From the NCBI GenBank assembly GCA_002269645.1, contig NIVC01000325.1, positions 1 through 36,901 of the forward strand: a DNA stretch of 36,901 bases. Direction: 5' to 3'. The stretch's first letter is position 1. Every line of letters starts with the position of its first letter. Positions 9,978-20,987 of the stretch are shown here, piece after piece. The translations under genes and the position numbers were made by a program. Under the pieces are notes generated by a model that worked only from the letters and a program-made list of their open reading frames with translations, was not told where the DNA came from and did no database searches. The stretch comes from Macrostomum lignano. Taxonomy: Eukaryota.

Positions 9978-10958
9978 TCACTCAGACAGGACGCGGGTCC
10001 CGCAGTTGCCGTCACCGCCGCGAGTGTCCAGGCAGGCAGCCAGCGCCGATTCCCAGCCGCACACGCGGACCACCGTGTTCGGGCTGGCTTTCAACAGGCG
10101 CACCGCGGCCGCCAGCTTGCCGCGCATGCCGCCGGTAACGTCGGAAACTCCGGGCGCAGCGCCGCCAACTCCAGCGACGTCTTGAGAGCTGCCTCCACCG
10201 AGACGAATCTCCGGCAGCAAGTGAGCCATGCCCGGAGGGGCCGTGGCCGGGTCCTGACTGAAGACTCCGCCTGAGGATGTAACGAAAACGGCGCGCCGCA
10301 GGTCGAACGATTCGGCCAGCTTGGCAGCGAGGGCGTCGCCGCCGAGCACCGACCAGCCGATGATGGTCTCGTCAGTGGCGTCACGATCGAGAGCCAGCAC
10401 GGCGTCTCCATGCAGCGCGGGCACGAACCCGGCCTGAAGGAGGTCACTGATGCGATCTACCAGTCCCGGTGGACAGTGCGATCCGACGAAATCGGTCACG
10501 TCGCTGAAGTGACTGCATGGCGACAGAACAGTGACTGGGATTCCGGCTTTCACGAGACAGGCCGCAACCCGGCCGGCTAGGTCCTGCACCGCCCTGCGAG
10601 TGTCGCAGAAGCCGAGGCGGCGTTGCTGAAGCTCCACCGGTGACAGCTTTGCCAGTTGACGAGCGTCGATGCCGTCGGTAAGGCGGGCGTCGGTTGCGTG
10701 CGGGTGGCCGAAGGAGCCCGCACCGTGCAGCAGCACCCAGCGAAGTCGTCGACGTCTCTGGACGTAGCCTGCGTTGCCGTCATCGACATCATCATCCACC
10801 TTAACAGCTTCAATAGCGGTGGCCAGCTCGGCCAGTCGGTCCAGACCGTCCTGGCGGAGCTGCTCACGGCCGGATTTGTCAGTCAGGCAGCTGCCGCCAA
10901 CCTTCAGCACCAGGTCGATGGTGACTTTGGCTGTCGTCGAGCTGCTGGTCTGTGACAT
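9978..10958 (-). CDS. IPK: Isopentenyl phosphate kinase-like protein (amino acid kinase superfamily), intronless, ~326 aa
   Basis: Motifs in the correct order: LKVGGS, LLHGAGSFGH (IPK signature His), PALHGDAV, GGD, VFVTSSGGVFSQDP, DVTGGMRGKL, GTRV. First ATG (MSQTSSS) is at 10958; the ORF track begins further upstream at a non-ATG codon. Confidence 0.9.
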   Translation of the reverse strand: MSQTSSSTTAKVTIDLVLKVGGSCLTDKSGREQLRQDGLDRLAELATAIEAVKVDDDVDDGNAGYVQRRRRLRWVLLHGAGSFGHPHATDARLTDGIDARQLAKLSPVELQQRRLGFCDTRRAVQDLAGRVAACLVKAGIPVTVLSPCSHFSDVTDFVGSHCPPGLVDRISDLLQAGFVPALHGDAVLALDRDATDETIIGWSVLGGDALAAKLAESFDLRRAVFVTSSGGVFSQDPATAPPGMAHLLPEIRLGGGSSQDVAGVGGAAPGVSDVTGGMRGKLAAAVRLLKASPNTVVRVCGWESALAACLDTRGGDGNCGTRVLSE

Positions 10959-13900
10959 TTGGCTTCTCTTTTTTGGCGATGATTTCTGTAATGAACACGA
11001 GATGGTTTGTAAACTAAGGGGTACGTGCAACTGTGACTCTACTTTAAATATTGACTTTAGTTTCTTAGCATAAAAGTATATTACTTGTTAGTAGATGCTA
11101 GCGAGCATGACTAAACATTTTGATGATAAATCTGCTTACTCTTGTAATAGATACGAGCAAGCGTTTTTACGTTTTGTTTTACCTTTTTTACTTACGTGTA
11201 CACATTGATAATGATACAAACAGTTTGGTTGCATTTATAAAGGCCTACAACAAATATCTTCTATCGAAGGTGTTAAATGCCACTACTTGAAACATTTATC
11301 TAGCTTGAAATATCTAGCTTACAGAGTCTGGTGGGGTCATGCGCAGATTGAAAGCACAGCGATACAAGACCGAAGCGCTAGCGGTCCCGAGCTCTGGAGA
11401 AGCGAATGGAAACAGTCTTGAGACGGAGCGGCGATCGAGCTTGGGCTCCCCAAAAACTAGGAGGTCTGGGAGGGGGCGGAAATTGCCTCGCTGGCAATGG
11501 CGGCTCGCCGGCGATGTTAAGAGACGCCGCACTGACGAATAAATGAGACGGAATGAGAAGGAGAATGGGAGCTAGAGCCCCAGGGGGCTGAGTTTGATGA
11601 TGGAAACAGCTGGGAGCATGCAATACGGGGTAAGAAAGCAGCAGCTAGGATATTAAGTCAAAGAACCTACTGGCGTGTGAGAGTGCACCGCGCGCATGTG
11701 TTTGAGATTGTGTTCCTCATCGAACCCCGGGCCATGGGGAATCCCCTTCCCATTATGCCGCAGGGAGCGAGGAGGCAGGGGTCAGAGATGCAGTGTTGCG
11801 GAAGGCTGGATTGTGGCCCTCCAATGCCAAAGAGAGAGAGAAAGTAAAGGGGGGAGGGGCAGACATGAAAGCTGAATTTTTTAGCTCGAATCCACGGGAG
11901 CGAGGGATTAAGAGTATTAGCAGCGTACAAGCTCTATTGGAATATAGGGAGAAATTCCGTCTCTGTACCTTTCTGCTCCCAAGGCCATTGGAGGCGTTGC
12001 GAGACACCGAAGAAGAGTGAAAGGCCTAGTCTTGCAACCCCCATCCTATACTGTTAAAAACTGCTGCGTGTATTTAGCAAATATATTAATACATCTTACG
12101 CGCAAAGAATTTGGTGACGAGCTACAGTAGGGACAATGTCCCATTAGTCATTAGCACTGTGCTAAACCTTTTCGATGAATGGGCCGCCGAGGAGCTGTCA
12201 CGTTGGAAACCTTCCCCACCCGCCCTAGTTGTGCGCACGCCAGACAGGTAAGAGCTGCGGGTTGCAGGTTTTCCCACCGGCGCCAACAACAATCGAAATC
12301 CCACCTGTTGATGCCCCAATGCCGGGGCAAACGGAGTCAGTTGGAATTTTACCCGGAACAGCCCGCAACAAGTAAACCTTAAATGCATTACAGTCCATTC
12401 GCACTGCCTTGTCGTCTGCAGGTGTCACCAAGTTCATTTCGACCAAAAGAAAAGAAAATGTGTTAGGAAGTTTAATCTATATGCGTAGATGCGTTTGTTG
12501 TAGTTTAGCTTTTTGAAAAAAGTCCATTTGAACTTTTACTCCATTCTACTGGCCAGAGATTGACCGACTCGACAATAATTTATTCTCCACCCCCTTGCTT
12601 GTACAGCTGTCTAGTCTTCGCAGTCCAGAGCGTTCGAATAGCCAGCCAAGACCGCTACGACTCGCTCAGAGCCAACAGCGGTCAACACGCCATCCAGCTT
12701 CCACTCCAGGCGACCCATTCTCAGGCATATTTTAAGAGCTCAAAGCGCCCTAGGACGGGACTGGCCCTCACCCTCCTCTCCATGACTGCCTCCTTGGTCC
12801 TCCTCAGTTTATTGAGCTCTCCGAAGCAAGAGGATCGCTGGGCGGACGCGCGAGCTCCGGGCCAACAAAATAAAGAGGCTGCACGACCGAAAGAAGAAAG
12901 GGACAGATTTCTCATTTGTAAAATGGCCTGAAGAAAAAGCGGAAAGAGATGAGAGAGGGCGAGAGAGAGAGAGAGGCTTCAGTAGCTTCTGGCTCTCAGG
13001 AAACATTATAAGTATGGGAGAAAGAATGAGAGCGAGAGTCGGGGAGAGACTGGGAGAGAGCGGGTTGGGGGGCGTCCACTTGCACTTTTGTCAAAAGCCA
13101 AAACAGACGTAGGACAGCAAGAGGGCTCGGGCTGATTCAATCTGGCTTGCAAAATTATTTATGCAGTAAAGAACGAGCTGAGACACGCATCAATAAATAA
13201 CTAATAATGCACTGGTACCGCCGGCACTGCTGGGGCAGGACCGGCGCCTCACTGCTCACTATACGGACATGATTTGAGGTCTGGCAGGCCATCAGGCTTG
13301 TCGAGTTTTGCACGCAGCGGCTTAATCCTCGAGTTGCAGCGAGATCGCGAAAACACTGCTTCTACTAGCTACTATGCTTTAGTGCTTCTATAAGGGCAAT
13401 CTCTTCTGGAGAAAGAGTAGAACGAAAGAGGGGGGGGCTTAATTCTGTTTGGCCTCCTGGGGATGCAAATGGGAAAGCGGGGAGGAAGGGACGCTTTGTG
13501 CTCGGGGACTGGGGGATAGAAAGTTAAAATCGGCTCACAATGCTGATCACGCAGGGGGCGGTGGGAGAAGTTCTGCACAAAAGCCGAACCAATCGCACTT
13601 TCTGCAGGTCGGAAGCCCCAAAACTGTCACTACAGGTTTACGAAAGTTAACTACTTAGTAAGTTTATCCCAGTAACTAATGGAAAATTAAAAAAATATTC
13701 TTCTTTTGAACTCCGGTTATAAGAGTGAACTAGTTTATAGTGTAGCAACCCTATCTTGACGACGTGGGCCGATGTTTCCGACGTCGTTCTCCGTCTCCGT
13801 CTCCGTTTGCCAGCAACGTCCATCAAACGTCAGGTACATCGGATGAATCGCCGGACGTCGAAATGTTGCACGGAAGATAAAAAACGCGCGACAAGCACCA

Positions 13901-15657
13901 CGTATCTGATATTACTACCGGCTATCTCGCTTGCTCACACCAAGCTTATTAAGTTGTTAGCTAATTGGCTGAAAAGCAGGCGGATTTAGAAAGGCATCGC
14001 TCTGCACGAATTGTGCCAAGTGACCATCAGTACTCCACTGCAAGCTCGGAAAAATTTCAATCACAAGCCGGAGAAACAGTTATTACGGAAATGAAAATTT
14101 GACACTATAAACTCATAGTAGAATAAAGTTATTGTTTGGAAAAAGCAATCATTAATAGGTAATTAGCGATCCTGAACAGTTTAGCCAGCCAATGGACAGC
14201 AAAGTATTCTTATTTCCGCTTGGAAAGCAAGCAGATGGCAACACTGAGGCGTATTGAAGAAAGGCAATGCTCTGCATATTAACGAGATAGAATGACATGG
14301 GAAGGAGGAGGGGGCGAGTTGCGAGACGAAACAGGAATCTCATTAGTTCCTTAGCGGGACAACGCTGCATTGAGCTGCCCTACCCGCATGCTATAGCTAG
14401 TGCTCCCCCCCCCCTACTCAAAATATTGCATCCAATTTTGACCGCACCTGTGTAGGCTTGTTGTATGCAGCTACATAGGTAGCGATATTGGACTGCGGGT
14501 CAGAGGATAAGCGTACGAAGCGGGGATGAGCAGAGTGCCTATCGCGAGTGCCCATACGCGATTTTTTTGGGACGTTGCGGTTGCAATTTGCATGCGGCCG
14601 CTGACCAGTATCGGGTAGCGGCCGCCACTGCGGAAGCCTCTTGCTGTTTTATGCAGCAGCCGGCAGTGTTTTAGTGGTGTCTTGCCCTCACCCTCCACCG
14701 ACACCCACAAAACTAAGGCAGTCTGGCATGATGGATGAGGGACAACTGCAGTTTCTACCGTTGCGAAGCGCTGGCCAACGCGCTAATGCAATTTGTAGCA
14801 GAGACTTTCAACCGAGAAAGATCGAGACAGACGAGAGAGTGAGTGGCAGTTGCTCACCCGACAATCAAATTGCAGCCCAAATTCATAGATTTCACCGTTT
14901 TATAAGTATATTTCTTGCGAAAATAGTGGCCGGAGTTTGGAGGCGAACGGACGGGGAGATAAAAATAGAGTAAAAAGAGGCGCAAGCAGAAGCAGAGAAA
15001 ACGAGATCGGCGGTCTTCAGCCAAGCGCAGTAGGGGTCCGCGATGTATGAATTTATTTTAATTTATTTCCCCCACATTTCCTCAATCCTTCCACCATAGC
15101 TCCCCTATTTCTGTCTCATCCCTTACCTCTTCATCCCTAACCTGAGCCCTCGCTTCCACGTCAGTTTCCATACAAGTGCGGCAGCAGCGCAAGCCAATTC
15201 TAGCAAACTGACCCCTCCTATCCACGGCTGTCCCGTCTAGCCACTCCGCCACTGACTCCCCGGCCTCAGTCTCTTCGCCCCGTCACTCGCTCCCAAACTC
15301 CTCTCCCCTGCCCCCAACCAACTCCCTCCAATCCCATTCAAGCTTCCTCCCTCATCACTTGCATCTCTCCCCCTGACTCCATATCCTTCTCTTTTTTTCA
15401 GCTCCTGCCAGCGATAGATTGCGAGCCGCCCCAGAGCCAGGCTCAAAACCGCTGTTTAAAATAGATGGGCGCAGAGACAAAAAGTTTGTCCTGCAGTAAT
15501 CTGTAAGGCAGCGCCGGCTAAATGGAATCTCGAAGAAGTCATTCGACGGTGGTGAAATGCTCGACAATGGCACCCAAATAGGAGCGCATTTTCGTCAAAA
15601 CTTTTCCGTTTCTGTCTTTGTTCCGGTCAGTCAGTTTTCATTTTTTAATACTCAGAG

Positions 15658-16983
15658 ATGTCGGCCCAAGCTGCTGCAGCCGTGTTTCCGGGTCAGTTCC
15701 TGGATTTGCCCAGCCTCTTGAGCTCAGGCTCCATCCTGGCCAGCGGTTCAGTGCTCAACTCCATGAATATCGGCCAGCTACCGCGGCTGGTCGAGAAGAA
15801 GAGCGACACCACCTATGTTCTAGTTGGAGTTGGTGGCGTAGGCGCTGGCACCGGCCATATGACAAGATTCACGGTGTTCTTCATTGTGTTGCAGTTTTTA
15901 TGCGGCGTGCTGTCAATCCTGGTGGGTCTGCTGGGCGTAGTCGTTGCCAGCATCCGCATACGCAAGCAGGTGGTCATCGCTGCGCTGTTGCTCTCCTCCG
16001 GACAGGCAATCCTATCCGCCATCTGCTTGACTTTCGGCGCTCTCGATACTAAAGACGCTTGGCACGACGCCAAACAGTCGATTGACAATTTTGCAAAGAT
16101 GCTGATGAACTGCATCAACACAGTGTGCTCGGTGTGCCTGTGCGTCTCGCTCACTCGACGGCTGTACCGCTACAGGGACTACGCAGTCTGTCGGTTCAAC
16201 CAGTTTCGGCCACCGGTTGTCGTCTGCACCGGGGCAGTCATCGCCACCTCGATTGCCAGTTTGAGCGCATTTGCATCTGGCATGATGCTCTCCGTGACGC
16301 AGAAGTACAACTACGCAGGCGGACTGCACATGGGCCTCCTAGGACTCACGCTAGGTCTAGCAATGGTTCTCAACCTGAAGCTGATGATTCATCAGGCCAG
16401 CACCATCGCATGCCTTTTGCTCATTGCGTTCACTCTGCTCAGCTCCTGCGCAGCCGCCTACACGGAGAGCGTCGAGCTCGATAACGTCGCCGGGACGCAG
16501 AGCACCAGAAAGCTGTACTACGGTTATATCATCAAGTCGGCAGTTGTTTACTTCTCCGCGTTGCTCAATATTGCAACTGTCGGTGCTTTGGCTCCATGCC
16601 AGTTTCTGCGCCTCTGGCACATGGCCGTCATTCAGGGCAACGCCGAGGACGAAGAAGAGGTCACAGCGGCTGCGGCAGCTGCGGCGGCTGACACCAGCAA
16701 TGCCGTCAACATCGGAGACCACGATGACGGAGGAGCGACCTTCAATCAGTTGTCTTCGGCAAACCCCAACTCGCCGCTGCTGCTGTCCGTCAGACAACTC
16801 TGGCGAGATCATCAGCAGCCGCAGCAGCATCCGCCAGTCTGCTGGGCAACCATACGGGGGCGGACAATGTCAGCGCTGCTTCCAACAGCACGACATTGCC
16901 TAGAATGCCGTACCAGCAACAGCAGCTCCATCACATGCAACAGCTTCATTCGCGGTTCGCTACTGGCGCTCAGGCGTGATTGA
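15658..16983 (+). CDS. Intronless multi-pass membrane protein (~7 TM), family unassigned, 441 aa
   Basis: Long ORF with GC3-rich codon usage like the other genes. Seven hydrophobic segments and an acidic/poly-Ala/Gln tail. Acceptor-like tttttaatactcag just before the ATG; AATAAA at 17074. Confidence 0.8.
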   Translation: MSAQAAAAVFPGQFLDLPSLLSSGSILASGSVLNSMNIGQLPRLVEKKSDTTYVLVGVGGVGAGTGHMTRFTVFFIVLQFLCGVLSILVGLLGVVVASIRIRKQVVIAALLLSSGQAILSAICLTFGALDTKDAWHDAKQSIDNFAKMLMNCINTVCSVCLCVSLTRRLYRYRDYAVCRFNQFRPPVVVCTGAVIATSIASLSAFASGMMLSVTQKYNYAGGLHMGLLGLTLGLAMVLNLKLMIHQASTIACLLLIAFTLLSSCAAAYTESVELDNVAGTQSTRKLYYGYIIKSAVVYFSALLNIATVGALAPCQFLRLWHMAVIQGNAEDEEEVTAAAAAAAADTSNAVNIGDHDDGGATFNQLSSANPNSPLLLSVRQLWRDHQQPQQHPPVCWATIRGRTMSALLPTARHCLECRTSNSSSITCNSFIRGSLLALRRD

Positions 16984-18382
16984 TAGTTCACTTGTTTGAA
17001 CTTTCTGGGTCTACAGGTGCTAATTAGGCGGTGATAGTTGAAAACTAAAGTTAAAATAGCTAACGGAAATTAAAATAAAATTAACCAACATCCAAAGTTG
17101 AAAGCTTATGGAAGAAAGACTGAAGACAGGCAAACCAAGAGAAGTCACTGGTAGAAGTTAACCAGGAGTTAATCAACCAATTAATCCTATCAGAATTTTA
17201 GACTAGATTTTATTAGCCATTGGATTAAACTTTGTTCTAAAAATCGTCGCTAATAATGTAACGGCACAACATATGTCTGCACACCGCTCTGTTAAATAGT
17301 TTAGCACTCTGCTGTTTATAGCGGGTCAGGCAGAAAGTATTCAGAATTGTTTAAGAAGAAAGCAATTTTCTGTTGCATTATCATTATCAACCATATGTTA
17401 TTCACATTCAATGTTAATTGCACGTAAGTAAGCGCCTAGATATTTTGATATAGCTAGTTATAATTGTCACGTACATGTAAGAATATGTTTTTTACTAACG
17501 ATTCAACTATTTTTGTATTTCCTTTAACGAGTACTACGAGCAGTCGAGCATGCTATATATATCATCATTATGCTGTACGTCTAAATTCTGGACTACAGCT
17601 TATTATCGAGTGAAAGCATATAGAAATTTTTAATTTTTAGTCACTTCAGCAATTGGTAATTTGTGTACAAGGACGTGAAACTGCTGACTATGCTGCTACT
17701 ATTATATTATAACTCATAGTCTCAGAATGATCGCTACATTAGTAATTGGCCCGTTTCTTATTATACCCCGTCCTTTATACACGAGCTAATTTCCGGCATA
17801 ATCTCTGCTACGTGTAAGCCAGTTAAGTGCGCGACAGCCCTCAGCTTGCACTCTGCGAGTACATTGTCGTTGTAGAGATGAAACCTGCTTTTTATTTATA
17901 TTTGATCTGCTTGGATTTTCTTTTTGTTAAAGCGTTTGTTACAATTAAAATACATGATTAAAGTTCCTCAACTTGAAGCAGATATCAGGAGTATGGCGGG
18001 TGCCCTTTTTGCTTGTACTTGCAGGATATAGCACAGAATATAGCGCTATGAATTATCATTCTCGAACTAGCTACATGTAGCTGTTATAGTTAGTCTAGGC
18101 GTGTTGAAACGGGGTGAAACGCACTGCATCTCGCCCGCTGCAATAATCTATGGCTATGGCCGACTTCCATAAGTAAAAAACCTCGTATGCATATAAGTAT
18201 CTAGTTAATGTTTCTACAACTTGTAGATTTTGAAAGTAAAGCTTAGTACTGCTAAATTATGCTTAGTATCAGTTACTTTTTTTAATTCGCAAAATAAGGA
18301 GTTTTGGCTCCGCCCCCACACCCCCGCAAGGGGGCTCAGCGCCCCTTGACCCCGCTTTCTTTTGACTTTGCCTTAGACATTT

Positions 18383-18643
18383 TCAGCGGGCCGTGAAACC
18401 GACTGAATACATTGGAGTAAATGGGATTTTACCATAGACAGTCTCAACGGGCCATGAAACCGACTGAATACATTGGAGTAAATGGGATTTTACCATAGAC
18501 AGTCTCAACGGGCCGTGAAGCCGACTGAATACATTGGAGTAAATGGGATTTTACCATAGACAGTCTCAACGGGCCGTGAAACCGACTGAATACATAGGAG
18601 TAAATGGGATTTTACCATAGACAGTCTCAACGGGCCGTGAAAC
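18383..18643 (+). repeat. 61-bp tandem repeat, ~4.3 copies
   Basis: Unit TCAACGGGCCGTGAAACCGACTGAATACATTGGAGTAAATGGGATTTTACCATAGACAGTC starts at 18383, 18444, 18505, 18566 and 18627 (partial). Confidence 0.97.
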
Positions 18644-19056
18644 GCGCCTCGGCGTTATAGCTCGTTTCTGCCCTCTGCAGCCCATCAATATATACCAGTA
18701 TACTAGACAAAAAGCCGATTCCCACCCCAGGAATACAAAAGCCATTCTAAATGATTATAATCACTCGCTTTTTTATTCCTTTATAATTTTTCTTCAATTT
18801 CTTCAGATTTCAATTCCGATCGTAACCATATGATCACGCTATAGAACTCAAAGCGTATAATTTTTTTGTTTAAGGATAAAAATATTTCTGAACAGACTCT
18901 GGGAAGCAGATAATATTAACTCGAGATTCGCCATAAATACAAGCATTAAGCAGCTCAGCACTGCAGCGATGGAGTAAAATTTCGCTGAGCTGCATGCAGA
19001 CTCGACGAGGAGCCACATCAATTTATAGTGTGAGATTGCTAATCGGATAAAGATGC

Positions 19057-20987
19057 CTATTGCAGCGAGGCGCAGTAAAGCTGGCCTACATGGAATTGCA
19101 GGGAGCAGTGAGTGAGCAGCGATATACATCGCTTCAGCATATAATTTTCATTGCAACCAACAATTTTGCGTTCACGCAATGAGAGGAAAAAGAGGGAATC
19201 GAGAGCGACATATCTGAAAAATGAAACAAGATCCTTCTGCACACCCGCACTTAGCAGCAGGTCTGACAAGCTGCTAGCACCACTTGCCCGCACACAACGG
19301 TTCTGTTCGCAAAAGATAGCCAAGCGTTTCCTGCTCACAGCTCTCAATAGCAACTCTTGCTCTCTTGCCATCGACTCACATCTTCCTTCCTCCCAGCAGT
19401 CCCCCGGGTCCATTTCCCGAAGGATTTCTACAAGAAGGATCGCGCTGAGGCCGGATTGACCTGCTGCTTGTTCTGGCTTGGCACAATATTAGAGAATAAA
19501 TTTGGGAACACATAACAGGGGGAACTCTGATGGGTCGATAAAAATGCATTTACATCAGTGGGGAGAGAGAGATCTGGGGAAAGACAGAGAAAAATGTAGT
19601 AGAGAAGTAAAGATCGTTTGAGACGCGGTGGGATCAGATGGAGTGAGGATGCGGTGGTTGGCTGGGTCTGACGCGTATAGACTAGATTTAGTGAATGATT
19701 TATACTGTCGTCAAACCGTGACAGCGACAGTCGTGGCACTGATGAGACGACTACCCACCGAACGATAAAAACGCTCAGTATCAAATATTGCTCGCTGAAA
19801 TTAATAGTTACTCCGAATAAGCTGAACACATATTCAAATCTATCATGGGTGTGCGAGGCCACTTCAATATTTCTGAATGTAGGTAAGGGGAACCTTTTAG
19901 CTAATGTAAGAATATCTAGACACAACAGGCCAGGGTTGTAGCCTAGTGGTTAGAGCGTCGCGGTCTCACGACTTGAAGGTCGGGGGTTTGATTCCTGATA
20001 CCATGGATTGGATTTGATTTCCATGAATTGGAAAAATTTGTCTTGAGTAAGTAAGACACCTAACCCTGCATCGCTTCAGTTCATACAGAATTATTTGGGG
20101 CAACTCAATTGAGGCGACTCCACAAGGCTGTAAAGGCCTTGTGTGGGGAGTGGGGAGCCCCCTCAGTCCTTGAACTGAACAGCCAGCAGCCTTCAGATGC
20201 GCCGCGCAATAGCTGCAGCTGCTGTCGGTTGTACATGTGCCCATTTGGACAGGTGTAATAAATTATTACTATTACTAATAGGCCTATATGGAAAATAAGC
20301 CAACTGCCTAGTTTTCTTCAGCAGTGCCTCAAGAAATACAATAAGCACAAAATTACAATTTGCTGATCGCACATAACAATTTCAAACAACCATCAGAGTG
20401 AAATACAAGAGTCCATTTACTAAAAAAATTGTTTAACCTTTCTTTAAGTATGTTTACAAATCTTGATTTGCAACTAAATACGGCTGAAACTATCCCATTA
20501 TCAAGTCTGAATTAACTAACATAATTTCCCCTAACACTCCAAAATTAATTACAATGTTTCTATGACGCAATTAAGAGCCTGCTTTTCAGTGTTGGTCATC
20601 ATAATTGTTTGCTAGTCATGACAAGTTTTATAATTACTTTAAAAATAAGTAGTCACTTGCCGATTAATATGACCTGGAGATGAGACCAATGGAATTGTTT
20701 TTGAAAAGCCGATTAGTTAGCTTGATTTTCTTTAAACTGTTTACTTTAAGTAGTATTGAATTCAATACATGCAGATTGATCAAATTTAGATAAATAAAAG
20801 CTAATATAGAGTAGATAATGCGCAAATATATTAGTAAATTTGTACTTAAGCTGTTAAAATTAATTTGGCACAAATAAAGATAAATGAGGCAAGTATTACG
20901 TGTTTCTGTTCTTATATTTTTAAGTGCAATATTTAACTTGCTTTTCAAAGAAACTGAAGCATTAATCTTGTAATACCCTTGTGTCAT
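19057..20987 (-). CDS. Candidate multi-exon gene of unknown function, head-to-head with fem-1 (exons ~20987-20674, 20506-20357, 19872-19673, then ~19470-19057; 3' end uncertain)
   Basis: Phase-consistent chain: AG|gtcata, aattcag|A...TT|gtaatt, cattcag|A...C|gtcaga, all frames open. The SINE falls inside predicted intron 2. All three CpGs in exon 1 are in Arg codons. No family recognised. Confidence 0.45.
19929..20280 (+). mobile_element. tRNA-derived SINE
   Basis: A-box TAGCCTAGTGGTTAGAGCG (19939-19957) and B-box GGTTTGATTCC (19985-19995). Acceptor and T stems do not pair, so it is not a tRNA. Core GTCTTGAGTAAGTAAGACACCTAACCCT resembles the V/Meta-SINE central motif. AT-rich (ATT/ACT)n tail. 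Confidence 0.75.

Noticed and set aside
9978-10958. Bacterial contamination explaining the intronless IPK
   Set aside because: Flanks are AT-rich eukaryotic-type DNA continuous with spliced genes. There is no operon or clear ribosome-binding site, and codon style matches the host exons.
10091-11073. Overlapping ORFs around IPK, and similar ones around the 7-TM gene and fem-1 exons
   Set aside because: Shadow ORFs of GC-rich coding sequence with no independent motifs.
11314-15450. Short ORFs in the purine/pyrimidine-skewed intergenic region
   Set aside because: Low complexity, no recognisable motifs, and no consistent exon chain apart from the single splice pair reported.
18383-18643. Possible CRISPR-like array
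   Set aside because: Whole 61-bp units are near-identical, with no unique spacers and no cas genes; the context is eukaryotic. The same applies to the other arrays.
19084-19110. MELQGAV followed by GTGAGT as an alternative fem-1 first exon
   Set aside because: A full-length, phase-matched and motif-matched first exon exists at 21307-21457.
19730-19775. Hammerhead ribozyme (CTGATGAG)
   Set aside because: No stem II closing onto GAAA, and it lies within a predicted exon. The CTGAAGA at ~6535 (minus) and the CAGATGAG in the 43-bp unit also fail the core consensus.
19932-20005. tRNA gene
   Set aside because: A and B boxes are present, but the acceptor, anticodon and T stems do not pair, and the sequence continues into a SINE core and tail.
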